Origin: Lama guanicoe
Taxonomy: Eukaryota
Length of the DNA stretch: 64,000 nucleotides
Direction of reading: 5' to 3'
Assembly (NCBI GenBank): GCA_013239625.1
Contig: MU053652.1
Coordinates: 3,275,902-3,339,901 of the forward strand
Shown piece after piece: positions 51,901-64,000 of the stretch. Under the pieces are notes generated by a model, which ran no database searches, was not told the DNA's origin, and saw only the letters and a list, made by a program, of their open reading frames with translations. Each line of letters starts with the position of its first letter. Positions within the stretch are counted from its first letter, which is position 1. The position numbers were made by a program, and so were the translations under genes.

Positions 51901-53890
51901 AAGTTTATTAGTTGCTGAAGGATTTTTCCTGTGGTGCTGTTGAGATTATACAAAAATTCATAAGACTGGGCTACTCACCAAGAACACAGAACAAAACAAA
52001 ACCCTCTTTTCTCTAATTCCCTTGTGGAATATAAGTGAAATTAGAGTCCTAGGCTAGCAAGAAATATGTAGGTAATTTTTCTTCTGTTGGTTTTGGTTTC
52101 TGTCATGTTATATATTGGTTATAGATTCTGTCTTTTAAGTTATCTGACTTTTTTAAGGGGGATAATTAATTTCTGTCCACCTGGATTTAAATCCATGACA
52201 CTCCCTTCCTGCTCTACTCTGAAGATAACCATTAAGAACCTTTCTCCTGTTCCAAACTATTCCCAGTGTCTTTAATTTGTGTTTGTTTTTTTCACAATTC
52301 CTTCAAAGCTGTAACTCCCATAATACTTCCTTTTCTTTTTTTTAAGAAACATCAGGAATGTGGATTTTAATTCATCAGTTTAATATGTGAGCATGATGAT
52401 ATGCTTATTTGCAGTTCAATTAATTTTTTGATTAAAATATATTTTTCCTATAAAAACAATAAATAACACATGCTGTGCTTCCAAAGTGATCCGAATACAT
52501 TTGGGTAGTAATACTTTCCTAAAATTGCCGTAATTATTGAAATTGCTGTTCCTACGTCCTTAAATTGGTACATAGGTCAGTTATAGCATAAAATATGTAA
52601 TGGTGGCAATTTGTCAGCATTGAATTCTGACAGAACAGGATTCAGTGAATGTTATGTGTTTACAAAACCATACTCCCTCCCCAACCCCCATCCCCTTATG
52701 GTCTCACTCTCTGATGCTGATCCTCTTTGTTCCGAACGCAGAAGCAGATTCTCTTCACCTGCATATCCTGAGGCACCTGCTGAAATGTGTGGAAAACAGA
52801 GGTCACTTATTAAACACTATTGCCTGATGGACTACATTTTTTTAATTATTTAAAATATTTTGACTTAAAGCTACAGAGGGTAAAAATCACCAACTGCATG
52901 GCAGTGGCCCTTAGTAAGGGTATGAATAAATAAACTGAACCTGTCAAGACTGAAGTCTGGGATGTGAAGCCCTTTGTGGTGGCTACTCAGCGCTGGTTTG
53001 CCATTCTGGAGACCTGGAAAGCTCGTATCTCTTGTCCCCTTGTATGTCCTACTTTTGTAGGAGGGGCATTCATAACCCTGAGATTTTAAGATCACCCACT
53101 GCAGGAGATGCCCGGAGAACTGTTAAGGGTGTTGTTATTACCCTGGCTGTCTGCAGTCAGCCTTTTTCACGGTCCCCTCAGGCTCAAAGTAGCCTTCAGA
53201 ATCCATCAGCGACAGGCTGCACACCATCCCCATCTGAAAAAGGGTTATTTTTTCTCTTTTGTTGCAAATCTTGAAGATTTCCAGGTAATAGTACTAGCAA
53301 TCATTTACGGAGAGCTTTCTACGTGTTAGGCAGTATTCCTAGATTCTTCATATTTTGACTTGTTTGATTATCACAACATCCCTACAAGGTAGATACCCCC
53401 ATTTTCAGGTGAGGAGACTGGGAGTCGAGTGGAAATTAAGCAACTCATCCTGAGTTGGTTGAGAAGCCACTCTGCTCTGTGCTTTCCACTTTAGGTGGGC
53501 ACAGCCATACTCTCCCTGGTCATGCCTCCAGCTCAGCAATGAAAATGTAACTTTCTCTTGGCTGTTGGCTTCTCTTCCCGCCTCTTCATCTGAGATTCCA
53601 CTGAAAGCTTTGCTGCTCTGCCTGCACGACAAGCGATGAGCATCAGGGACTAAAACATCTGCTCCTGGGAACATGCATTTCCACATTCCACTGTCTGTGT
53701 CTGGTCACCTATCTTGAAGACAGATGCTCCAGGGTTTCTGAGGTCCATTTTTTATTAATGAATACCTAATGAGGTATCACTTAAGGAATGAGAGTTACAA
53801 ACTTTTCATTAGGTTGTAAGGGGAAAAAGTAGGCTGTTTTCCTGATTGACTGAACTATTCATTCAATAAAACCCTATTGACATGATTTGT
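48926..53890 (+). other. CEP41: CEP41 3' UTR (extent uncertain) with several candidate poly(A) hexamers
   Basis: AATAAA at 48941, 50107, 50282, 50291, 51897, 52458, 52925, 53865; ATTAAA at 51186; largely free of repeats. Confidence 0.45.
53290..53480 (-). mobile_element. MIR SINE
   Basis: tcacaacatccctacaaggtag...ccccattttcaggtgaggagactg...ttaagcaactc. Confidence 0.7.
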
Positions 53891-56800
53891 GTCTGATCTT
53901 CTCTTTCCTTTGTGATGATGTTTCTGAGTTAGGCTGAAACATAAATGTGTGAACTGGCTCATGGCCACAGACCTGGGCTTCATTGGAGGAAGTGGTGGCA
54001 AATCTCTGTGCCTCAGTCCATATTAGCAGAGCTCTTCTTCCACTGCACTCTTCTAACACTATGGCTGAACACACCCCTGTGGTTAAGCAGAAGACTTTTA
54101 ATTTTCTTCTTTTAGTTTGGCAGTAAACATTTGGCAGTCTCCATCCCTGGGGTCGTTAGATGCTGCTCACAATTCTGAGTTGCCAAATTAATGCAGATCC
54201 TGAAAGCTTTGGGGGAGAATTCATTACCCTTTGACAGTTTTTCAGATCTGGCGGGTGCTCTGTGCTTCTTTCTCCCTTCACCTGGCCAATTTGAATGTTA
54301 TGGTTGGTCATGTCAGTTTCCTGTAAGGAGCATCTGGGTCTCAGTGTGTTCACAAAATGATGTTTCTGACCTTAGAGTCCTTAGAGCAAGACTCCGTCTG
54401 CATCTTCAAATCCACCTAGTCTCACTTGCCTTTGCAAAACAATTGCTGAGATGATGAATAGCCCTGCAGTGGATGAGGGACCAGTGAGGTCATATCTGGA
54501 TTGTATTCAATGACATTTCAATTTTAACTTTAGGCCAAAGCCAGAAAGCTCAACATGCATATCTTAGATATTCAAGAGCCCACCCGGAGGATTCTCACGG
54601 ACCACCAGTGGCTCACAGGCCACACTTGAGAGCCACATATAATGGTCTAAGAACAAAGTAAAATGAGTTAATTTAAAGATTTTTGAAAAGCCCTGATGAA
54701 TAGGCATTAGCACAAGCAATACCCCAGATTGCTGCGGGAACTGAAGGTGAGAGAAAGGGCTCTTAGGAATTGTTATCTGATCTACTGCAGAGTGCCTGGG
54801 GAACAGCCCCCAACCAGGAGACATGCATACCCCTCCCTCGGTAGAATTGCTGTTGCTTCCAGCTCTATCTGGAGTGCAGATTTTCCCCAAAATAAGACAA
54901 TCACATTGTTCTGGGCAATTGCAGAAGAAATGAGTTTAGACAAATTATAAAAGAAAATCTGGGCACAAATTAAGATGACCATGTGGATGTTTGATTTTAA
55001 TAACAAGTTGATATTAGATAGCTTTACTCACAGGTTATGTGGTGTGTTTGAAATAGCTTCCCCCTTCTACCCCCGCGATTATACAAGCAAGAAATTCAGA
55101 AAAGTATAAGGAGGAAAACCGCCAGCACTGCCTAGAGGAACCACAGTTATTATTGGGGAATACCTCCTTCTCGGCATAGCGGGTGTATGTTTTTCAAACA
55201 AAAATGAGACTCATAATGTACTATTTTGTAGCCTGCTTCTTTTTTTTAACAACTGTATGGGAAATATAAGTCACATACCATAAAATTCACCCATCTTAAA
55301 GATACAATTCAGTGATTCTTAGTAAATTTACAGTTGCTCAACAATCACCACATTCCTATTTTAGAGTATTTCTATCATGTGGCCACCTTCTTTCACTTAG
55401 TATGTTGTGACCATTTTTCCATATCAGCGCAGATCACAGTGGCTTCACAATATTCCACTGTGTAAACGTGACATAGTTGTATCAATACTGCTGTCTACTA
55501 AGTTCTTTTCCTTTTAAAATTTGTATTATTTTGACCTTGTACATACATGTATATGAACTTGTCTGAATACTTTTATAAAATAAATTCTTCCAAGTGGACT
55601 TACTGGGTCAAGGCAGTGTTACGTTGAAATTTTTTATTTATATTGCCAAATTTTCCTCCAGGAAGGTGGTGTAAATTTATCCTCCCATGAGCAGTATATG
55701 ACAGGTCTTATTTCTTCATACTCTTGATAACACTGAGTTGTCAGTCTTTTTATTCTTTGTCGATCTGATGGGAGGAAAATAATATATTTATTTTTCTTTA
55801 ATGTGCAAAAATATCAGAGGATCAGAATCTTTCATACATTTATTGACTTTTTGTGTTTCTTCTTTTGGGAATTGCCTATTTTTCTTTTGAAAGGTTCATC
55901 TTTTTTTTTTTTAACCCCTTCTACTTATTAAAGCTCTTTATCTTTCAAAGTTATTGTTCATATACTCTGCGTTACTTTCTAAAATGATTGTTTCTTTTTT
56001 AGCTTTATGTTTTTATTTATAAAATTAAAAGTTTACCCATAGATTTGTAAAAAATGTCTCTGCAAACAAAATGTAAAATTCTTCCTATACTTGAAAATAC
56101 AAAAAAAAAAAGTGTTAGTGACTTCCATGTCCCTATTTAACAAGCATTTTTTAAGTGCCTACCGTGTGTCACATACTTGGCCAACCAGGAGGAACTGAGT
56201 GTTGAACAAAAAGATGCAATTGCTGCCCTCATGCAGTTTTCTTTCTGATGCTTTACTCCTTGTCTTTTCCGCTCTCTTAAGACTCTTACTTGTTCAGAGC
56301 CTTACTTTGTAAACTACAATTCCAGGAATTTAAAATAACTTGCAAGCCTACAAAATACAGATTATAAAGTCCATGAGTTCTCTAGTAAATATTGAGAACA
56401 TTCATTCAACAAATACCTATTGGGCATCTGTGTATTAAGTACTGTTGATGATTTTAGAGATTGAATGTCAAACAAAGTGGTTCCTGCCATCAAGGACTGC
56501 AGTTTATTTTCACTTAAGCAATTCTACCCTTAAAGCCTAAGTAATCCAGTTTTGTAAAATGATATATTGTCTTGCTAACTTAGTTTCGTTTTTTTGTTTA
56601 TCAGTCTTTATTAAACAAAAAATAAGATCAGTTGTTTTGGGTTTTTTGGGTTTTTTGCCCAAACTGAGCTGTTACAGTGGGTTTCAGCCTATCTACATAC
56701 ATTGAAGAGAAATGTTTCCCAGAAGATAACTTGAAGGAAGTGTCATAAAATCCTTAGATCATCTTTCTACAAAGACTGAAACACCACTTTACCTTGCCTT

Positions 56801-56905
56801 ATAAACTTATAATACATATAAGTTTATGTACACTATATGTATAATCAGCCTCATTCTTCTAGTTTTTTAGAATGTTTGGTAGAAAAAAAATAAGTCCAAG
56901 ATGAA

Positions 56906-57010
56906 TGGAATATAATGTATAAAAATTTTGAATCACTATGTTGCATACCTGAAACTAACATAATATTGTAAATCAACTACGCCTCAATTTTTTTAAACTA
57001 AAAATAATTT
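56906..57010 (+). mobile_element. Short L1 3' end with TSD
   Basis: cctgaaactaacataatattgtaaatcaactac; flanks aaataagtccaagatgaa / aaataatctccaagatgaa. Confidence 0.75.
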
Positions 57011-58136
57011 AAAAAATAATCTCCAAGATGAAAATTCCCCAACGGGCCCTTTAAAAAAGGGATTTGACCTTAAGGCTACTTTATGTGTAAAAGACACAAA
57101 TTTTAAGTCAGGGAAGTTGGATGCATTGTGACACCTCATCTGGCTGATTCAGAGAGAGGCTGCCATCATTACCCCAGCTCCCCTGTTCGGGGAGCTAGCA
57201 ATCCACCCCACAGCGACTTCTCTGGGAGTAACCCCCTGCTCCACAGTCACACTTTAAGAAATTTGGAAGAAACAGAGGGTAGATTCTTGCTTTGAAAAAA
57301 AGTTGAGATTAACCCTTATGTGTTGCTATTCAAGCTACCAAGTGTGATATCACAGCCATCAATATCACCAAGCCAAAGGAAAGGAGCCAAATTCTAGGAC
57401 ATACGGAGGTTATCAAGAGGAGAGCCTTATGTTTGAGAAATTTTGTGAACGATAAGGTGTAGTGATGGGTAGAAGAGGAGAGGAAGCAGAGACAGTGTAC
57501 CAGGAGACGCTAGAAAGGATGTGGCAATGAAAAGTAAACTACTTCTGTTCCCAAAGGCAAAGTCTTTGTGATATGCTACAATTAATCAAATGTCCTGGGA
57601 CTGCTGTTTCTTCTTTATCTTCAGTAAATGATTCCATTTAACCCAATTGTTTTCTTCCAATTTAATTCCGTAGTGGGAGGCCATATTTTGCTTTATAGAA
57701 ATTTGCTTTGCCTGGCTGCAAGATCGATTTGGGACAACAGTGGCCACCAGGATTATTCTGTGTCATACTCAAGGTTATTGCTTTTGTAGATGAATGGATC
57801 CAACTAGCTAGACTATTGTACAAGCTGAATTCCTCACCGCTGCAGGGTGCCGGGCATTTGGTCAGCAGCTGTGGCTGCTGCTTGCTACCAAGGTATGAAC
57901 AAATCACCCCACTGACGGGCTGAGCTCAGGGTGGTCTAATTAAAACGGACGGCACTTGGATACAACTTCACAGGACCTTGGAATGCAGGGGAGTTTAAGG
58001 GTCATCTAGTCCAACCACCCACACGTTTCCAGCGAGAACTGAGGGAACTAAATCACTTCTGCCTCAGCTTGAAAAGGCAGACATGCCACATGCCTTCTCA
58101 CACACAAGCCCCATTCTGTTCCATGTACACTCAAAC

Positions 58137-58142
58137 TTTATT
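58137..58142 (-). terminator. CPA1: CPA1 polyadenylation signal AATAAA
   Basis: tttatt on +, about 55 nt past the stop codon. Confidence 0.85.
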
Positions 58143-58196
58143 TGGTTGCCCAGGTGGGGCTGGAGAGGAGGAGGAGAAGAGCGCTGAAGGACCAGG

Positions 58197-58448
<252 letters not shown>

Positions 58449-58907
58449 TTAATGGTCCAAAGCCCAGAGCCTGGTGCAGTGTTGACTGGAGTCAGCATCT
58501 GCTAAGTTCCTGCTGTCCATCAGGCAGCCTGGCTTACTCCCAAGAAGTGCCCTGAGGGGCACAGCCCAAGAAGCCAAGAGAGGACCAGCAACAGTTCTCC
58601 TCTCACTGCAGGAAGCAAGAAAGTTCCCTCAATTTTGAAAGCTCTGCTGAAAACCACCTCCATCTAACAGCCACTTGGTCAAGCCCCCAAATACACTAGA
58701 GTTGCCCACTTGGGTAACCAGGATTGTCCTGTAGGGCACGGGTCTGGAGGCAAAATGCAAGGGCCAGAGGCAAAGCAAAAGGCCCTTGTCTGTCTTTTCC
58801 AAGGAAACTTTGCCCAGATTTGCAGTAGTAACGAAGCTGCTGTGGAATTGGGCAGGGGAAAGAGATATGGCTGCAAATTAGAATTTAACTTGACAGTACT
58901 GAACAAA

Positions 58908-59045
58908 GCAGGGAACTATATTCAATATCTTGTAGTAACCTTTTATGAAAATGAATATATGTACATATATTCATGACTAGGACATTATGCTATACACCAG
59001 AAACTGACATGTCATAACTGACTATACTTCAATTAAAAAAATAAT
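58908..59045 (+). mobile_element. L1 3' end fragment in CPA1 intron 9
   Basis: gcagggaactatattcaatatcttgtagtaacc...cttcaattaaaaaa, same family as 1212-1438. Confidence 0.8.
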
Positions 59046-59329
59046 TGAAGAAAGCAAAAAACTTTTGACTTATGGTTGAAGCAGTTTCCAAAGAAGGCCT
59101 GGAGTCCAAAAGCAAGGCCAGCCCCAGGTGAGACTGTGACCCACTCCTCTTCCAAAACTGGGCCCTCCGGGCAGGAAGTCTATGAGGTCCTCTGCTTCTT
59201 CAGTACTCTTGTCTCCTGTGAGCCACAAACCTGCCGCATCCCCCCAGGGCCCTAAAGAACCTGCCCCCACCCCACCTTGTCTCTGCTGCAGTCTTCATGC
59301 TATTCCTACTATTTCTGTAACATGCCAGG

Positions 59330-59690
59330 ACACATGGTAGGGCCTTTGTTCTAGAAGATTCCTCTGTCTGGAAGACTCCTCTTCAAATAGCCTCTTAGCT
59401 CCATCCCTCATCTCCTTCAGTACCTGCCCAAATTTCGTGCTCTCAATGAGGCCTACCCTTCAGCCAGCCCGCCCTGCCCCCCACCCCTCACCGGGACTCC
59501 TGGGTCCCCTCACCCTGTCCTGGTAGCAATCATGCTGTATCACTTCCTTATTCATGTTTATCATTGGTCTCCCTGGCTAGTATGGAAATTTCCTGATCTT
59601 TGCTTATTTTGTCCCCAGCTAACTGTATCCCCAGCACACAGAACAAGGCCTGGTGCCTAGTAGGTGTTCCTCAGCATACGTTGACTTAAT
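59330..59690 (+). mobile_element. L2 3' fragment
   Basis: ctgtatccccagcacacagaacaaggcctggtgcctagtaggtg tail. Confidence 0.6.
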
Positions 59691-60122
59691 TCCATTTTGA
59701 TGTAGCAGTGCTCCTGGCAGGGGCACTGCATGGATAAGTCAGCTGGGCAAAGACAGGACAGAGTCTCTAGCTGAAGGGCGTTGGAGGAGTATTTTTTTCA
59801 GCTGAATTCCTTGAGGATCTACAAAGGCAAACGGAACTCTCCGCCCACTCCATGCACGAAGCTGGACTTAACTTCAAGACGGGGGACAAGAGTTCCCAGA
59901 GGAACTGAAGTGTTTGTCTGAAGGCATCGAGGAAGGCCGAGTTCCCGTCAGGGAAGGGCCCCACTGCCCCCCACGCCAGCGGTCGTCAGGCACAGCTGGG
60001 GCTGTCCTCCTCACCTGCGCTCCCGGGTCGGAGTGCCCTTGGCTACTTCCTCCAGGACAGACACTTTGGGCAGGAAAAGCCAGCTGAGCTTCCTCCCACA
60101 CAGAGACCATGCACCTACTTAC

Positions 60123-60207
60123 AGATGGTTGTGATGATGCTGCCGTACTTGTACTCAGTCCCGTACAGAGAGCTCAGGGCGGCAACAGCAGACTTAGCCA
60201 CCTGATC
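60123..60207 (-). CDS. CPA1: CPA1 exon 9 (DQVAKSAVAALSSLYGTEYKYGSIITTI-Y)
   Basis: ctccag| ... |gtaagt; 85 nt; the Tyr248 codon is split across the intron. Confidence 0.95.
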
Positions 60208-60737
60208 CTGGAGAAAATGCCAAGCAAGATCACTTGTCATGGCCAGCAATACCAGGCGCCCAGAACAGCAGGGCCAGGGGGTCCTGGGGGCTAGCAGGGT
60301 CAACCAGGAGCTCGCACCCTGCAAAAGCGGGCCCCCAGCAGAGAGCACAGAGCCTGTCGGGCCCTGCAGGGTCAGCCCTGGGAATTCAGCAGCCCCATGA
60401 TCCTATGGCCCTGCAGGATGTCTGGCTGGTACTTCACTGCCCTTTGGTCACCCTGCAACTCCAAGTGTAGACTTTGCGGGACAAACTCAAAGTCCAGCCC
60501 TGCCCCACCCATTGATCTGTCATGTGACAGAAGTGACTCGACCACTCTGTGCCTCAGTTTCCCAGAAGGAATGGCTAGTCTGCCTTGCTGGTCTTCCCAA
60601 GCCATCAGGGTCCACGGGAGAAAGGGGTGTTAGGCACAGTATAGGCCCTTGTGCCTTAAGCTGGTTTGATGGATGAACACCCAGGCCTGCTCAGAGATGC
60701 CTTTGGGACCAGAGGGCAAGCGGGAGTCAGCACATAC

Positions 60738-60937
60738 CAGCTCATCCTTGTCAGCGGGTGATTCTGTTTTGTAGCCATAGGGATAGAGGAGGAGCTGGGA
60801 GTAGCTGTGGATGGAGAGGAAGGCCTTGATGTTCCCGTGGTCGTTCACAAAGTCCACGACAGACTTGACCTCCACTTCAGAATTAGCAGATTTGCCATGG
60901 TAAGTCTCAGAGCAGGGGCTGCTGCTGGCTCCCGACA
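60738..60937 (-). CDS. CPA1: CPA1 exon 8 ([14 protein letters not shown]...[13 protein letters not shown]...DKDEL); His196
   Basis: cccag| ... |gtatgt; 200 nt. Confidence 0.95.
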
Positions 60938-61453
60938 CTGGGAGGGGAGACGGGTAGTTGGCATTCCTTATACTCAAGTAGTGTGGCTCCCATGGCTTCT
61001 GGTATTTGAGTGAAGTTCAGGGTGAGGTGAGATGCAGGAGGGCTCACCCCTGCCCCAGATTAGGAAAGGGCAGAAGCCCATTATAACCTGGGGGTCCTGC
61101 CTCCCTCCCCAGCAAAGGTCGGACAGAGCTGATGGACGTACCCCGGGAGGTAAGGGCTCCTCAAGTGAGACTAGGTCTTGCTGTAAAGTGACCAGGGAGG
61201 GAAGGAGCCCAAGTTATGCTAGAAAACCCCTAGAACAGTTTCAGACCTCAGTTCCACTGGGCAGGGCTTTCTTTTTAGAGACAAGGGACAGGCATATCTC
61301 AGAGCACCACCTTCCTCACTGAGCTCCTTGGAGGAGAGGTCGACGTTCCCCATATGCCCCCACCGCTAGGGCCGGAAGGGGGTCAGGGAGGCAGGACAAA
61401 GGACGGTGAGAAACCATTCTGGGGTGTCCCATTCAAACCACGATGGGCCTTAC

Positions 61454-61544
61454 TCCCAAAGCCAGCATCCCAGTTCCTATTGGCATCCACGCCAACACAG
61501 GAGGAGCCCGATGTGAGGGATCGAGTCTTGCGCCACAATCGATT
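61454..61544 (-). CDS. CPA1: CPA1 exon 7 ([30 protein letters not shown]); Arg127, Asn144, Arg145
   Basis: tctcag| ... |gtaagg; 91 nt. Confidence 0.95.
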
Positions 61545-61850
61545 CTGAGAAAGGAAGAGTGATCAGCCACCTCACAGCGGCCACAATGGACACAAAGAGT
61601 CCTGATCCGAAGCCTGGGTGTGGACACAGTGGGGGATCAGAAACCACTTTCAACTGACTGTCAGAGAGGAAGATCTGCAAAGAGAGTGCTTGGCTGAAGG
61701 AAGACAGAGGGGACAGCAGACAGCATTTGGCCGGAGGTTCTACTGGTGAAAAGTGAAGAAGGCATGTGGCATCCCCGTCACCCCTTATACAGCTGATCCG
61801 TAGCATGTCATCCCATAAACATAAAGAGGAACCAGGAAAGAAGGTCTGGG

Positions 61851-62053
61851 CAGGGGGTCTCCACTGGGGCCAATTCTGTCCTCCACACCTGGACATTTGG
61901 CAGTGTCTGAAGATGTTTTCGGTTGTCTCAACTGGGGGGTTGCTACTGGCATCTAGTGAGTAGGTCAGGATGCTGCCTGCACAGGACAGCCCCCCCCCCC
62001 CGCAGATGATTATCTGCCCAAAATGTCAAGAATGCTGAGGTCAAGAACCCCTG
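61851..62053 (+). mobile_element. MER20 in CPA1 intron 6
   Basis: ggacatttggcagtgtctgaagatgttttcggttgtc...tgctactggcatctagtg...aaaatgtcaa...agaacccctg. Confidence 0.8.
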
Positions 62054-62181
62054 GTCTAGGAAGACAGGTCTTTGTGCCCCTCCTTCAACCTCTGTGGGGT
62101 GAGATTAGGGGTGAGTAGCTTGTGGGGCTCAGAGGCCAGAGGCCAACCCTGCTTTCCCAAAGAACAGGAGAAAGTCTGTAC

Positions 62182-62292
62182 CTTGCTGTGGGTATAGGCA
62201 AAACCATCAGGGTTGGTGACAATCTCCAGGAAGATATCCATGTTGTCAAGAATGGCGGTGAAAGCTGCATCCTGGCCATAGTCTTCTGTGAT
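62182..62292 (-). CDS. CPA1: CPA1 exon 6 ([37 protein letters not shown])
   Basis: accag| ... AAG|gtacag; 111 nt; NPDG motif. Confidence 0.95.
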
Positions 62293-62468
62293 CTGGTGGG
62301 GGGGTTAGGGAGCAGAGGGGCAGAGTGGGCCACGCCAGGCATCTGCCATACTAGAGCAACGGATGACTGCCCTCAGCCTCCCTCTGTGGTCATTGCTTCT
62401 AGATGGAAAGCAGATGCCAGGGTTTCTGTGGGCCTTGGAAAAAGGTCTCCTCCTCTCCCCAGGCTTAC

Positions 62469-62570
62469 CTTCTTTGCAAACCAGACCCCGCTGGCCTGGG
62501 TGATCCACTCTCGGGAATGGATGCCCGTGTCAATCCAGATGGCTGGACGGTTGCTTCCCCCAGTGCTGAA
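62469..62570 (-). CDS. CPA1: CPA1 exon 5 ([34 protein letters not shown]); His69, Glu72
   Basis: gtccag| ... AAG|gtaagc; 102 nt; M14 HxxE zinc motif. Confidence 0.96.
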
Positions 62571-63085
62571 CTGGACGAAAAGAACAGGAAATAGTTCAGC
62601 TGGGGCCCTGTCCTTGAAGAGGGGCACACCTGGGGCCAGAAGCTACCTGCTCTCTGGTATCTCAGGTTGAGACTGTTTGTGGGGCCATCACTCAGGTGGG
62701 ATGTCAGGGTGGGTCCACAGAAACTGCAGAGCCTGGCCTCCTGTCCTCAGCTCAAGCTTGGAGCAAGTGTGACTCAGCCAGACTTTCGGGCCCTGACTTT
62801 CGGGTCCCAATGCCAATACATAGTTCTCTGTCAAAAGTCACGAACAAAACATTTTACCTGGACTACCAGGTTTGGGATACTTCCCACAATGTGACACTTG
62901 ACTAGAAACACCTAGAAGTTTAAACTATGTGTGTACAAGTATGCACACACCTATGCTAGCACAGGGAGTCCATACAACAGTGTGTTCTCTGTAACCCTAG
63001 GTTCACCCACAAGAGCCTATGCACAGATGTGGGTGCCCATTCTTGCAGATGTGCCCACGTACATCCACACACAGGCGCCCATTAC

Positions 63086-63187
63086 CTTTAGCACGTAGAT
63101 GGGACGACCTTCATAGCTGTTGCCGATCTGGAGCTTGCTGACAAGCTGTGGGTTCTCGGCCACCAGTAAGTCCATGAAATCATAGAT
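63086..63187 (-). CDS. CPA1: CPA1 exon 4 ([34 protein letters not shown])
   Basis: cctcag| ... AAG|gtaatg; 102 nt. Confidence 0.95.
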
Positions 63188-63432
63188 CTGAGGGGGCAGA
63201 GGAGCAAAGGATGCCTTCATGGCTTCCAGGCACCTGCATGCCTCCTTTAGCAGCTCCATTAGTGAGCCTGCTGTGGGCCCTGCAACGCAGAGGAGCCATG
63301 GCCCAGACCACCAAGGCCATGCGGAGACAGAGCAGGTGCCACGCACACCTGGGCTGGCCCTGGCTTTGGAGCATTCTGCCAGTCTGTCCAAGAGCTTGCT
63401 GCTTGTGGGGAGTGGCCCAGGGGGTCCCTCAC

Positions 63433-63666
63433 CTCCTCCAGGGTGTGGTAGGTGTCATAGTTAAAGGTCCTGGTGGAGCGGGCCCGAGACTGGGAGGCAA
63501 ACATCTGCTCCTGCTCCTCGTCCAGCAACGACTGCACGTCCTCGATCATGATTCTGTATCTGATGCCATGGGCCTCCAGGAAGACTTTGACAGCCTGGAT
63601 GCTGGAGAAGGGCACTCGGACGTCGATGGGGAACCCTGGCCGGGCAGGGCCCCGCCAGAAGTCCAG
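63433..63666 (-). CDS. CPA1: CPA1 exon 3 (propeptide C-terminal part, activation site SR|ARST); exons 1-2 lie outside the window
   Basis: ccccag| ... GAG|gtgagg; 234 nt; LDFWRGP...[14 protein letters not shown]. Confidence 0.95.
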
Positions 63667-64000
63667 CTGGGGAGAACAAGAGCCGGCACTGTCTAGGCCA
63701 GCTGGGAAAAAGCCTGCCTTGGGAAGGGGTGTTGGAGCCAGAATTTCCCATATAACTGGGGATGGGGCATGGGTGTTAGAGGCAGAAGATGAAGGGAAAC
63801 TCTGGGCACTAGACAAAGTCCAGTTTGGTTAGGGAAATGGCCCAGAAAGCAGAGTCGAGGGGCTCTGAGACAGCAAGGCAGAAAGAAATACTGGGGAGAG
63901 GGGAGCTCTTTTGCTCAGGTTCTGAAGGGCAGCAATACTCTGGAACTGAGGGGTTTAAGTCACTTCCTAATAGGGATGAGTCGCATGGCTCCTTCTTGGG

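Noticed and set aside
63695..63712. PTF1 acinar enhancer (CAGCTG plus TGGGAAA)
   Set aside because: The E-box and TC-box overlap rather than being a helical turn apart.
62122..63832. Long + strand ORFs antisense to CPA1
   Set aside because: Shadow frames of GC-rich coding exons.

Overview
Mammalian genomic DNA, very probably a camelid, because it carries a tRNA-Ala-derived Vic-1-type SINE. The window holds two convergent genes. (1) The complete CEP41/TSGA14 gene on + (ciliary protein with a rhodanese-like domain). Its 11 coding exons, 7208-48925, join to 1122 nt = 373 aa + stop, under a CpG-island promoter with RFX X-boxes and CCAAT boxes. (2) Exons 3-10 of pancreatic carboxypeptidase A1 (CPA1) on -, 63666 down to 58197, with all zinc and catalytic residues intact; exons 1-2 lie beyond the right edge. 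The rest is mostly old L1, L2, MIR, MLT1 and DNA-transposon debris, with approximate boundaries and family names assigned by eye. Most ORF-track entries are noise. Best observations: CEP41 intron 8 is a GT-AG U12-type (minor spliceosome) intron with a strong cryptic U2 donor 71 nt inside it; intron 2 holds a candidate alternative terminal exon whose frame is closed here by an early TGA; the 3' UTR has a possible intron inside a homeodomain-motif-dense block; the promoter has an octamer cluster; and a 42-bp locally templated insertion sits inside an L1. I find no evidence of a wholly new gene system. The most novel idea, layered post-transcriptional off-switches on CEP41, is inference.
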